Below, one piece after another: positions 1 to 10,206 of a DNA stretch of 64,000 bases (position 1 is the first letter of the stretch; each line of letters begins with the position of its first letter). The DNA comes from an uncultured virus (IMG/VR IMGVR_UViG_3300024999_000036) (lineage: Duplodnaviria; Heunggongvirae; Uroviricota; Caudoviricetes). A program made the position numbers and the translations under genes. Location: the IMG/VR virus record IMGVR_UViG_3300024999_000036. One strand, written 5' to 3'. The notes below the pieces were generated by a model, which had not been told where the DNA came from, ran no database searches, and worked only from the letters and a program-made list of their open reading frames with translations.

Positions 1-41
1 TAAATATGGGTGATGACCGACCATCGTGGAGGTAATATAAT

Positions 42-821
42 ATGAACATTGGTACTGATAATTTTGTTACAAGATTAAAATGTTATGGTAAAAATGGATT
101 GAATATTTGTTCTATGCCATCTGATAAGTTTCATAAAAAAGGTAAACCTTATATTGAATGTTTTGATTATTTTAAAGAAGATAATTATGGTTTTTCTGAA
201 GAAACTAAGGAACAATTTATAATTGAAAAAAATTATGTAAATGAATACATAACAGATATGCATGAATTATATATCTTAGGGTTGGAATATTTATTGAAAA
301 ATTGTAGACCTAATTCTTTTGTAGAAAATAATTTTTATGATGGTATTGTTTCCAATCTTAAACAAGAAGCAAGATATTTGAATGATATACTTGGATACCA
401 TAGAAGGAAAGATAATACAAATGGATATATATCAACATTAAAATCTTTAAGAGAAACATTAGATTTGATTAAAAAATATGACTGGCAATTGATGTATTCT
501 GAGTATGGGGTAGAAAATCATACTAGTATTATTAATGTTTATAATGATAATTTAGATATAGCAATATCTTCAGGTAAATCAAGAGATATAATTGATCATT
601 TAATTAGAGAAAGAGATAGTGTTAAATTAGTTACTGAAATTGCAGTATGGGAACAGAATCATGAGGGAAATATTAGAAATCATAAAGTATGGAGAACTAA
701 TATTCCTTATAATAAAGGAATTAGTATTAGAGATAAAGATGGATTTACTGCATTACATATTGGTAATGATGAATTAGTTATAAAAGGTGATACTTTGAGT
801 ATTATGGATAAGAAAATATAA
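42..821 (+). CDS. Hypothetical protein; N-terminus resembles part of the phage tail-spike protein
   Basis: SD GGAGGT upstream. FVTRLKCYGKNGLNI...YIECFDYF aligns by eye with IITRLFVFGNNDISV...FIEDFSFY of 39374..42409. Confidence 0.65.
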   Translation: MNIGTDNFVTRLKCYGKNGLNICSMPSDKFHKKGKPYIECFDYFKEDNYGFSEETKEQFIIEKNYVNEYITDMHELYILGLEYLLKNCRPNSFVENNFYDGIVSNLKQEARYLNDILGYHRRKDNTNGYISTLKSLRETLDLIKKYDWQLMYSEYGVENHTSIINVYNDNLDIAISSGKSRDIIDHLIRERDSVKLVTEIAVWEQNHEGNIRNHKVWRTNIPYNKGISIRDKDGFTALHIGNDELVIKGDTLSIMDKKI

Positions 822-969
822 TTTTTGTAAGTTATAAGGACATCAATTTTATTGGTGTCTTTTTATATTTACAAAATAAAATGTAACCAAAGCAAGATTT
901 TATTAAGTTTAGATAGTGTCTTACCACTAAAAATATTGGGTCATGTCCTACCATGAGAAGGAGGCAAAT

Positions 970-2082
970 ATGCCAAGTTATCAGAATTTTAATTCAAATA
1001 AAAAATTTATTCCAAAAGAATTATTAAACAAAAACAGAGTTTTAACTATGTCAAATAATCGAAAGTGTGATTATTTAATTGTTGATGTAGGTAATAATTT
1101 AGCATCTATAATGGCGATTAATAATCAAGGTAATAGCAAAGATATTTTAGTAGTTAAAACATTTGAGAATAAAAAATTTTCTGAACTTGTAGATGAAGCA
1201 TATTGGTTATGTACTGAATTTGGAATAAGAATTATTTTAGCAGATATTCGTGGATCAGGATTAGGATTTATTGATACATTTAAAATTAATATTAAGCAAG
1301 ATTATATACAGATTAAAGCATTAGATGGAAATAAAATAAATCAATTTGTAAATATTAATGAGATAGTAAATGATTTAAATAATGGTGTTTTAAGATTTTT
1401 GCAAACACCAGAATTAGCAAAAAATACATATATTAAACCGTTTTTAGGATTGTCTAATATTATTGAATATCATAAAGAAACAGATAAATTAATTGATGAA
1501 GTTAATAATCTTGAAATTAAAATGAGATTAGGTAATATTGTTTTGGGTCGTTTAGATGATATTATTGGGAAAACAAGATTAAATTGTTTACTAATGTTTT
1601 ATTCTTATCCTATGAATTGTGTAGATAGTGAAAATAATACGGATAACAAACAATATGATATTGCTAAACGAATGGCACAATATGAAGTAATTCATGGTAC
1701 ATTTTATAAATATTTATTTAAATGTATAGAGAATGAGAAAATTAATGTGATTTTTTATCATAGTAATAAAAATAAGATTGAACAGTTTAAAAATATAGTT
1801 AAAGAAAATAATTTTGTTAATTTAAGTGAAAAATATATTGATAGAATTATTGTATCTAAGGATAGATTTGAAATTATATTTTTAAATAGTAGTCAAATTA
1901 GGTTTATTTATGCTAGTGATAATGCAAGAGGTTATAGATATCATTTTGCTGTAGTGGATAGAGAAATTGAAAAAGATATGTTTGATAATGTGATTGCTGG
2001 TAAGAGTGTTTTATTTGATATGGCAAAAAGAGATGGTAGGTTAGAGAAAGATAATTATTGTATTGATTTTATTGAGATGTAG
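970..2082 (+). CDS. Domain-permuted terminase large subunit paralog (nuclease-like domain first, partial ATPase last)
   Basis: SD AAGGAGG before ATG 970. LIVDV, ILADIRGSGLGFID, TDKLIDEVNNL and IFLNSSQIRFI..DNARGYR match motifs of the TerL at 4110..5898. Confidence 0.7.
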   Translation: MPSYQNFNSNKKFIPKELLNKNRVLTMSNNRKCDYLIVDVGNNLASIMAINNQGNSKDILVVKTFENKKFSELVDEAYWLCTEFGIRIILADIRGSGLGFIDTFKINIKQDYIQIKALDGNKINQFVNINEIVNDLNNGVLRFLQTPELAKNTYIKPFLGLSNIIEYHKETDKLIDEVNNLEIKMRLGNIVLGRLDDIIGKTRLNCLLMFYSYPMNCVDSENNTDNKQYDIAKRMAQYEVIHGTFYKYLFKCIENEKINVIFYHSNKNKIEQFKNIVKENNFVNLSEKYIDRIIVSKDRFEIIFLNSSQIRFIYASDNARGYRYHFAVVDREIEKDMFDNVIAGKSVLFDMAKRDGRLEKDNYCIDFIEM

Positions 2083-2121
2083 ATTAAAATTTGGATTATT
2101 AATATAAATTTAATAGATTTT

Positions 2122-2251
2122 AAGAAGTTAGGTATCTAGGGGAGTAGCTACCCCTCTCTACACAACCTAACTTCTTTTTTATTTTTAATTTTAAGGGGAA
2201 ATGTGTAGAGAATTATAAAATAAATTGTGTAGAAAGGGATTGGTGATATAA
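2122..2251 (+). promoter_or_regulatory. Terminator-like structured leader of endonuclease gene
   Basis: Stem AAGAAGTTAGGT/ACCTAACTTCTT plus T-tract; inner hairpin AGGGG-AGTAGCTA-CCCCT; TCTCTACACA complementary to 2202-2211 and largely to 2225-2233. Confidence 0.65.
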
Positions 2252-3091
2252 TTGTTAATTAGTAAAGAGGTTGAAGTAAAATTACATTCAACAAATATCA
2301 GATATTATGAAGAAAAAGGATACCCAATACCAAGAAAAAAAGATAAACATGGAAGATTTCTAGTTCCTAGAGGATCTACAATTATAGTAAAAATTAAAGA
2401 TTTGCAATTAAAAAGTAATGTAGATATTGATATTGAATGTGATTACTGTGGAATTAAATTTAAAAGAAGGTATGCAGATCATACTTTTATACATAATAAA
2501 GATAATAATATTGATAATGATGCTTGTGAAGATTGTGCAATTTTAAAATTTAAAGAAGTATATTTTTTAAAACATGGAGTTAAAAATCCATTTTGCCAAA
2601 ATGAAGTTAGACAGAAAATAGCAAATACATTTAGTAAAAACAATTCTGTGAGTACATCTAAACAACAAATATATTTACATAATTTATTAGGTGGTGAATT
2701 AAATTATGCTAATGATACTCCTGTTTTAGATATTGCATATCCAGATGAGAAAATTTATCTTGAATATAATGGTGGAGGCCACAACTTAAAAGTTAAATTA
2801 GGTATTGAAACAGAAGAAGAATTTAAAAATAAAGAATTAAGAAGATATCATTATTTAAAAGATAAAGGATGGAAAGCAATATTTATAGATTCTAATGAGG
2901 ATTTTTTACCAAAAGATAATATGATAATTGATATTATTAAAATAGCAAAAGATTATTTATCTAAAGATAATAAATGGATTAAATTTAAAATAGATGAAAA
3001 TAAGGTTATTTATGGTTCTAAATTAGAAGAAATATTTGATTATGGACAATTAAGAAAAATAAAAGATAAAGATATAGAAATAGTTAGTTAA
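2252..3091 (+). CDS. Free-standing homing-endonuclease-like protein (Zn finger plus DUF559/Vsr-like nuclease)
   Basis: CDYC and CEDC pairs; LDIAYPDEKIYLEYNGGGH nuclease motif. Confidence 0.75.
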   Translation: MLISKEVEVKLHSTNIRYYEEKGYPIPRKKDKHGRFLVPRGSTIIVKIKDLQLKSNVDIDIECDYCGIKFKRRYADHTFIHNKDNNIDNDACEDCAILKFKEVYFLKHGVKNPFCQNEVRQKIANTFSKNNSVSTSKQQIYLHNLLGGELNYANDTPVLDIAYPDEKIYLEYNGGGHNLKVKLGIETEEEFKNKELRRYHYLKDKGWKAIFIDSNEDFLPKDNMIIDIIKIAKDYLSKDNKWIKFKIDENKVIYGSKLEEIFDYGQLRKIKDKDIEIVS

Positions 3092-3130
3092 ATATTTATT
3101 AATTTTTATAAAAGGAGTGAATGTGGCTTT

Positions 3131-4126
3131 ATGCCAAAATCAAAAAAAAACAGTAATCAACAAATAAAGTCACAAACTAAAAAAATATGTGATAATTGTA
3201 AAAGAGAAATTGCATTAACTCAATATTATAATACAAATTCTGTATTATCAGTAGATGGGAAATTAAATATCTGTAAAGTTTGTGTAAAGTCTATGATTGA
3301 TTATAATAATATGGAAACAATATATAAAATTCTTCAATTATTAGATATTCCATTTATATATTCATATTGGAGGTCTGCAATAGAAAAAAATCCAGAAGAT
3401 CCTTGGAGTATATATATAAGAATAGCTAATTCAAAAATGAATGAATTTAAAAAGGGTACTTGGAAAGATAGTAAATTTAAACCTGAAAGTATTAATCCCG
3501 TAAAATTAAATATAGATCAAATAATTACAAGTAATAATCATTTTGATGTTACTAGCGAAATGATATTAAAATGGGGAAATAAATATGATCCAGAAGACTA
3601 TTATGAATTAGAGCAATTTTATAATGATATGCAAAGAACCAATAGTATTGAAACTACTCAAGATATGATTTATTTAAAAAAATTAGCAATTATATCTTTA
3701 AAAATGGATAAAGAATTAGAAGAGGGAAACTATGACGAAGCTAAAAAATTAGGAGATTTATTTTCTAAATATATGGCAGATTCAAAGTTTCGTGCAATGG
3801 ATAAAACTGACGCAGATAAAACTGGTGGTATCAGAAACTTTTGTACTATTTATTCTGAAGTTGAGAAAGATGGATTTATACCTCCTTGGGAATATTATAG
3901 AAAAATAAAAGGCATTAATCAAGATATAGTAGATAAAACAATTATGCATATAGAAAATTTTACTTTAAAACTTAATAAGGCAGAAAAAATGATGTCTCCT
4001 CCATTTGATACACCTAAATTAGAATTGGATGAAATAGATACAGAGAACGTACTAATAATTAATGATATTGAAGTTGATGAAGATGATATAATTGGAGATG
4101 ATGATAACAATGGCATCTCAAAATAA
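3131..4126 (+). CDS. Putative terminase small subunit / pre-terminase Zn-finger protein
   Basis: Directly upstream of TerL and overlapping its start; CDNC and CKVC pairs. Confidence 0.6.
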   Translation: MPKSKKNSNQQIKSQTKKICDNCKREIALTQYYNTNSVLSVDGKLNICKVCVKSMIDYNNMETIYKILQLLDIPFIYSYWRSAIEKNPEDPWSIYIRIANSKMNEFKKGTWKDSKFKPESINPVKLNIDQIITSNNHFDVTSEMILKWGNKYDPEDYYELEQFYNDMQRTNSIETTQDMIYLKKLAIISLKMDKELEEGNYDEAKKLGDLFSKYMADSKFRAMDKTDADKTGGIRNFCTIYSEVEKDGFIPPWEYYRKIKGINQDIVDKTIMHIENFTLKLNKAEKMMSPPFDTPKLELDEIDTENVLIINDIEVDEDDIIGDDDNNGISK

Positions 4127-5898
4127 TTTTAGTAAAAAAAGCAGAAGCATTAAAGATAGTGATACATTTTCTAATCCTCAGAATTTTGAAACTAATAATA
4201 TTAATAATTTACAAATAAAGAGTTTTGAAAATGTTAAAGATCAATGGAGAGAATTATGTAGTTATTTTAGGTGGTATCCCTGACAAATTTCTTGATTTTA
4301 TTTCACCCCCTGATTCTAAAATACAACTATATTATTATCAAAGAGTATATTTAAGAATAATGATGAGATATAGAAAGGTTTTCTTAACTGCTACTCGTGG
4401 AACTTCTAAAAGTTATCTTCAGAATTTAGCTTTTATCTTAAAATGTATTATGTTTGAAAAAACCAAACTTTTTACATGTGCGGTAGGGAAAGAACAAGCT
4501 GCAAAAATTACTGCTGATAATATTAATGATATTTTAGAGCATTATCCATTATTAAGAAAAGAAATAAAAATATTTACTGAAAATAAAGATTATACTAAAT
4601 TAATTTTCTATAATGGGTCAAAATACGATGTCGTTCAAATGCGTGATTCTACAAGAGGTGGTCGTAGGTACGGTGGAGCAATTGAAGAAATTTCAGATAA
4701 AAAATTTGATGGAAATATACTTAATGCTGTTGTAATTCCTCTTATGGCTAATGATCGTATAGCAGCATGTAGTGGTGTTGATCCAGAAGAAATACATAAA
4801 TGTGAATTATATATTACTACAGCAGGTACTCAACAACAATTTTCTTATGAAAAAATGTCAGAAGTTTATCAAGATATGCTTAATGGTAAATCTGCATTTT
4901 GTTTAGGCAATTCTTATGAACTTCCTTGTATGTATGGTCAATTAGATATAGATTTTATTGAAGAATTAAGAGAATCACCAACTTATTCAATATTAGATTT
5001 TATGCGTGAATATCAAAGTATATGGACTGGTTCAAGTTCAGATTCACTTGTTTCAGATGATAAATTGCAAAAGTGTAGAACTGTTCCATTTGCTGAATGG
5101 GAACATTGCGAAGATAATAATGTAATTTATTGTTTAGCATATGATGTTAGCAGAAATGAAGGAGATGAAAATGCTCTTTCTTGTTTGTCAGTTATAAAAT
5201 TAACTCCAAAAAGTAGTGGTAATTTTGTTAAAGAAGTTGTTAATTTATTTTCTATGGAAGGTCAACATGATACTTGGCAAGCAAAGTTTTTAAAGCAGAA
5301 AGTTAAAGAATTTAAATCAAGAATTTTAATTGTAGATGCAAATGGTATTGGAAGTGGTGTTGTAGATCAATTAGTTTTAGATTTAGATGACGGAAATCCT
5401 CCATATAAAGTAGTCAATGATGAGAAAGGAACATGGAAAAAATATGAATCAGATAATGGAATCCCAATGGTATTTGCATTAAAATCCCAAAATAAAGATA
5501 CCAAGAATAGTGATATGATAAATAATTTTATGCAGGTTTTTAATAAGTTAGATGTAGGTTTATTAAAAACTCCATATGAAGGCATAAAAGATTTAGAGAA
5601 AAAATTAAAACATAAAATTAAAAATAGTGATGAATTAGCAAATTTACAAATTCCATATATATTAACAGATAATTTATGTGAAGAAATTATGAATCTTAAA
5701 TATAAGCAGAATGGTAATGAAACAAAGATTGAAAGAATATCAAGAAGGATACAAAAAGATAAATTTTCTGCACTTTTATATGGTTTATGGTGGGTTTATT
5801 TAGAGGAGAAAAAAAATAAAATTCATAAACGTCCAAAAAACATCTCTCCCTCATCATATTTTGCCATAGCAAATAAATCATCAAGAGCAAGAAGATAA
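4110..5898 (+). CDS. terL: Terminase large subunit, two frames joined by a +1 shift at 4278-4284
   Basis: Frame A MASQNNF...YFRWYP* continues in the +1 frame as DKFLDFI. Walker A TATRGTSKS, Walker B GAIEE, ITTAG coupling motif, nuclease motifs LAYDV, IVDANGIG and QKDK. Confidence 0.88.
4269..4284 (+). promoter_or_regulatory. Putative programmed +1 ribosomal frameshift site (prfB-like)
   Basis: AGG TGG TAT CCC TGA C: internal SD-like hexamer, 3-nt spacer, shift-prone codon, UGA-C stop. Confidence 0.8.
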
Positions 5899-5986
5899 AT
5901 TACTAATATAATTATAATACAAAATATAATAAAAATCAATAACAAATATATATAGCAAACATAAATAAACAGAAAGGAGGTTTTAA

Positions 5987-7564
5987 ATGTCCAACAATCA
6001 AAACCTCTCCCCTACCCTATTCTCATTAAAAAAATCATGGGAATCAGCAAAAAACTTTTCATTATCAAGAATAGGTGGATTATTTACAAATAAACGAAGA
6101 AATTTAAAAAACGTAACAATTGATAAAATAAAATTATGGTTAGGTAATCCACAAAAATATCAAAATGAGATACTTGATTTATCAGATAATCTATATGCAC
6201 CAGAAGGTATCTATAAAGTATTAGTAAACTTAACTACTAATATGGCTACATTAGATAATTATCTTCAACCTGATTTTTCTACAATGCAAAAATTAAAAGA
6301 AGAAATTGCTAATCAAACATCAAAAGAATTATCTGAAGAAGAATCACAAGAGATAATAAATAAACTTTTAAAGAATTTTAATAATGAATTTTCAACAGTT
6401 AGAAAATATATTGATAGTATAGATATAAAGAAAACTGGACGTAGAATTATTGAAAGTTTAGTTAGATATGGTGCTTATTGTGGATTTGAAAAGAATGATG
6501 GTAATTTCCCTTATTTATGGGATTTACCTATTAAATATGTTAGATTGAGATCGATAAAAAATAATCAATACACTGTTGAATTTAACTTCAAATATTTTGA
6601 AGAATTAGCAAGAGATAATGAATTATCTGAATTTGCATGGGATATTTACCCTGATGAATTTAAAATATTATACAATAAATATAAAACCAATTCAGATAGA
6701 TTAAGGTATCCTGAATGGCAACCTTTACCTAGTGATAAAATATGTTGTATTAAACTAGGGGGAGACAATGATACTTTTTTCTTGCCTTTGTTTAGTCAAT
6801 TATTTACTGAGTTGTATTTATTGAATGATTTAATTGATGAGGAGATTGAGAGTTCTAGAGATGATTCAATTAAACTCATAAATATTGAATTTCCACACGA
6901 TAAAGAAACTGGAATTCCACTTGTAGAACCTGATGTTGTATCTCAATGGGTGAATGTTGTAGCTTCAGGTGTCTCTGATAAAGTTACTATAACTGGATCT
7001 CCATATCCTTTACGTGAAATACCATTTAGAAGTATACAAAATGAAAAGACTAACTTAGCTGAATTTGCAAAATCGATGGCATATATGCAAGCAGGAGCAA
7101 ATCCACTACTATTAGGTGGTAGTTCTACTAATAGTTCAGTAGGTATTACGCAAAATCTAATATATATTCAGTCTCTAGTATTTAGTATGTTAGATAAAAT
7201 TCAAAGTTGGTTTAATTACCGTATTTCTAATGTTAATTTAAGAAAGAAATATACTTTTAAATTAAATATATGGAAAACTACATGGTATAACCAAAAAGAG
7301 ATGATTGATAATGAATATAAATTAACAACTATAGGAGGAAGTCTTAATGTTCTTGCTAGTAAGGTGGGACATTCAACAGAAGATTATAATTCAACTTTAG
7401 AATATGAGAATTTGGTAAAATCAAAGGATTTATGGTTACCTCCTATTAATATGAATCAAAATTCAGGAATTACAGATGATGAAGGTGGAAGGCCAAATAT
7501 TGCTGATGGAGATTTAAGTAATGGTGGTATAATTGCTAGAGATGGAGAAACTAACAAAAGGTAA
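5987..7564 (+). CDS. Portal protein
   Basis: 525 aa directly after TerL; SD AAGGAGG; C-terminal GGRP motif typical of portals. Confidence 0.8.
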   Translation: MSNNQNLSPTLFSLKKSWESAKNFSLSRIGGLFTNKRRNLKNVTIDKIKLWLGNPQKYQNEILDLSDNLYAPEGIYKVLVNLTTNMATLDNYLQPDFSTMQKLKEEIANQTSKELSEEESQEIINKLLKNFNNEFSTVRKYIDSIDIKKTGRRIIESLVRYGAYCGFEKNDGNFPYLWDLPIKYVRLRSIKNNQYTVEFNFKYFEELARDNELSEFAWDIYPDEFKILYNKYKTNSDRLRYPEWQPLPSDKICCIKLGGDNDTFFLPLFSQLFTELYLLNDLIDEEIESSRDDSIKLINIEFPHDKETGIPLVEPDVVSQWVNVVASGVSDKVTITGSPYPLREIPFRSIQNEKTNLAEFAKSMAYMQAGANPLLLGGSSTNSSVGITQNLIYIQSLVFSMLDKIQSWFNYRISNVNLRKKYTFKLNIWKTTWYNQKEMIDNEYKLTTIGGSLNVLASKVGHSTEDYNSTLEYENLVKSKDLWLPPINMNQNSGITDDEGGRPNIADGDLSNGGIIARDGETNKR

Positions 7565-7656
7565 AATTTTTAATTTAATATTAATTACATATTGTAGAAA
7601 AATTAACATTATTTTATGTCTAATTTTAATATTGATTTAAAGGAGGTATCTACTAT

Positions 7657-7833
7657 TTGAAATTTATTCATTGTTTCTCAGAAGAATTAAAAAATGTATT
7701 ACTTCAAAATGGATTTAAACTATTATCTAAAAATAATAGTTTTTTTATTTTTGAGAATTCCCCTACTCTATCGTTTAATTTTAATCAAATAGATAAAAAG
7801 CAATTTATTTTTAGTAATAAAATGACTTTTTAA
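7657..7833 (+). CDS. Small hypothetical protein (58 aa, possibly DUF5659-like)
   Basis: AAGGAGGT plus TTG start; open frame MKFIHCFSEELKNVLLQNGFKLL...; not in the ORF track. Confidence 0.7.
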   Translation: MKFIHCFSEELKNVLLQNGFKLLSKNNSFFIFENSPTLSFNFNQIDKKQFIFSNKMTF

Positions 7834-7848
7834 AGGAGGTGAAAAATT

Positions 7849-9573
7849 ATTGCTAAAATAATGCATATTAATTATTCTTCATCATTTGATAAAATAACTG
7901 AAATAAATTCTTCTTTTGATACAGGTATACTTAAAATTGCATATCATGGGCTTAATAGGAATAATAGTTTTATTTCAAAGGAAAGTTTTGAAAGAAATAT
8001 TAAAAGTATGTATAATTGTCCTATTGTAACTAATTATAATAGAAATATAACTGATGAAAATGGTAATAAAGGGGATTTTGGTTCACATGATGCACATTTA
8101 GAAATAGATACAGATGAAAATGGTAATATTCAATCTGTTGATATTGTGAATGATACATATCCAATTGGTGTAGTTTATGAGAGCGCAGATTATTGGTGGG
8201 AAGAAATTGAAGATGAATCTGGAATACATGAATACCTTTGTACTGATGTTATATTATGGAAAAGACAAGATGCATATAATAAATTAAAAGAAGATAAAGT
8301 TTTTAATCATAGTATGGAAATTGAAGTTACTAATGGTAGTTTTTCAGATAAAGGTTACTATGAAATTATAGATTTCCAATTTACAGCTTTTTGTATATTA
8401 TCTAATTCAGTTGATCCATGTTTTGAAAGTAGTAGTATACAATTATTTAATAAACAAAGTTGTAGTGAACAATTTACTCAAATGATGAAGGAATTAAAAG
8501 AAGTTTCTCAAGTTTTTCAAAAGAATCAATCTTCTTTATTAGGAGTTGATAATATTAAGAAGGAGGTAAATAATATAGTGGATGAAAAATTAGAATTATT
8601 ACAAAAATATAATCTTACTGTTGATACTATTTCATTTAGTATTGATGATTTATCTTTAGAAGAAATTGAAAGTAAGATTAAGGAACAATTCTCTTTAAGT
8701 AATAGTCAGTTAATGACAGAAATTGATAAGATTCTTCAAACTATGACTGAAATGAAGAAAAATTATTGGGGAGAATTAGTTGAAAGACGTAGTTTTTATT
8801 TAATGGATTTAAAAGATGAAAATGCTGTTGTAGTTACTAATAGTTGGGACACATATTATGGTATTCCATATAGTTTAAATGGTGATATTGTAACTTTAGA
8901 TTTTGAAGCAAAAGTAGAATTCATTCCTGATTGGAGACCAAAGCAAACAGGTGATAATGCTACATTCACCAATATTAATGAAGTTATAACTTCTGAATTT
9001 GAACAAATTAAACAAGATACTGAATCTAAAATTGCTGAAGTTAATGAGAAATTTACTATTTTAGAAACTGAAAAAAATGAAATCCAAACTAAATTAGATA
9101 CAATTACTGTAGAATATGAAAAAGCAAATCCTGAATTTGAAACTCTTAAATATAAAGTAGTAGAATATGAAAATAGTATTTCTACTTTAACAGAGCAATT
9201 TAATTCTTTAAAATCAGAAAATGAAACTCTTATTAGTTCTAATGAAACACTTACTCAATCTAACACTTCCCTATTAGAATTCAAATCAAACATAGAACAA
9301 CAGCAACTAGAAGCATTTGAAGCACAGCAAAAACAACTTAAAACAGAATTAATTGAAAACTTTTCTAAAGTATTATCTGCTGAAGAAATTCAATCTATCC
9401 AAGACAAAGATTTATCCATTGAAGATATGGAAAAAGAGTTTAAACTTATGTATGCTTCAAAAGAATTATCTACAAAATTTTCTAAAATTAAAAAGAAAAC
9501 TGAAACAGAGATTCCAATTTTTAATTTTTCTATTAAGAAAAAAGAAGATTGGACTTCATTAATTAAAAAATAA
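7849..9573 (+). CDS. Prohead protease/scaffold protein
   Basis: GLNRNNSFIS, HSMEIEV and FTAFCIL..VDPCFE motifs; long C-terminal coiled coil. SD spacing favours ATT 7849; ATG 7861 is the alternative. Confidence 0.8.
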   Translation: MAKIMHINYSSSFDKITEINSSFDTGILKIAYHGLNRNNSFISKESFERNIKSMYNCPIVTNYNRNITDENGNKGDFGSHDAHLEIDTDENGNIQSVDIVNDTYPIGVVYESADYWWEEIEDESGIHEYLCTDVILWKRQDAYNKLKEDKVFNHSMEIEVTNGSFSDKGYYEIIDFQFTAFCILSNSVDPCFESSSIQLFNKQSCSEQFTQMMKELKEVSQVFQKNQSSLLGVDNIKKEVNNIVDEKLELLQKYNLTVDTISFSIDDLSLEEIESKIKEQFSLSNSQLMTEIDKILQTMTEMKKNYWGELVERRSFYLMDLKDENAVVVTNSWDTYYGIPYSLNGDIVTLDFEAKVEFIPDWRPKQTGDNATFTNINEVITSEFEQIKQDTESKIAEVNEKFTILETEKNEIQTKLDTITVEYEKANPEFETLKYKVVEYENSISTLTEQFNSLKSENETLISSNETLTQSNTSLLEFKSNIEQQQLEAFEAQQKQLKTELIENFSKVLSAEEIQSIQDKDLSIEDMEKEFKLMYASKELSTKFSKIKKKTETEIPIFNFSIKKKEDWTSLIKK

Positions 9574-9601
9574 TAAAATAAAATTAAGGAGGAATTAACT
9601 T

Positions 9602-10153
9602 ATGGCTAATGTTAATAACGTAGCAACTGGTAGATATGGTATTGTTAATTTAAGAAAAGTAGCAGGTGTTAAAACAGGTGAACATAACATCCAATATTCT
9701 TTAAATGCAACTGATTTTGCTGCTACTGCATGTCAAAATGGTTTTCTTTTAGAAGAAGAGCATTATACAAAAACTCTTGGTATTCCTAGTGGCCCAACTA
9801 TTAGGGTTGGTTTAGTTGCATGTGTAGAAAAAATGTATGATGAAAGTGATATGTCTTTAGGTAACTTTAGATTAAATCTAAATGAATTTTTGCCTAGAAT
9901 TTATCGTTTGAAGATTGGAGACATGTTTGACACTAATAACTTCAAATATGACGATGGTGATTATGCTAATTATGCTGCTATTGCTGCTGCTATTACTGCT
10001 GGTACTCCTGTATATGCATATCCTTCAACCAATGGTCAGATTGAGTTAGAACCTGTGCAAAATGCTGGTACTGCTATTGAATTACAAGCAACTAGAATTG
10101 TAACTTTACCTGCTGGTGAATTAGGTTTAGTTTTTACCTGCACAAAAGCCTAA
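9602..10153 (+). CDS. Putative capsid decoration/head protein
   Basis: Between scaffold and major capsid genes; strong SD AAGGAGGA. Confidence 0.6.
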   Translation: MANVNNVATGRYGIVNLRKVAGVKTGEHNIQYSLNATDFAATACQNGFLLEEEHYTKTLGIPSGPTIRVGLVACVEKMYDESDMSLGNFRLNLNEFLPRIYRLKIGDMFDTNNFKYDDGDYANYAAIAAAITAGTPVYAYPSTNGQIELEPVQNAGTAIELQATRIVTLPAGELGLVFTCTKA

Positions 10154-10206
10154 TAATTAAGTAATAAAATACAAATATAATTTTAAAAGGAGGAATTTAA
10201 TATATT

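Noticed and set aside
4225..4283. TTG 4225 as the terminase start (MKMLKINGENYVVILGGIP)
   Set aside because: No SD upstream. The overlapping frame gives the terminase-like YFRWYP and has an SD-supported start.
4270..4290. Intron or intein explaining the terL split
   Set aside because: Only one extra base separates the frames; there is no intervening sequence.
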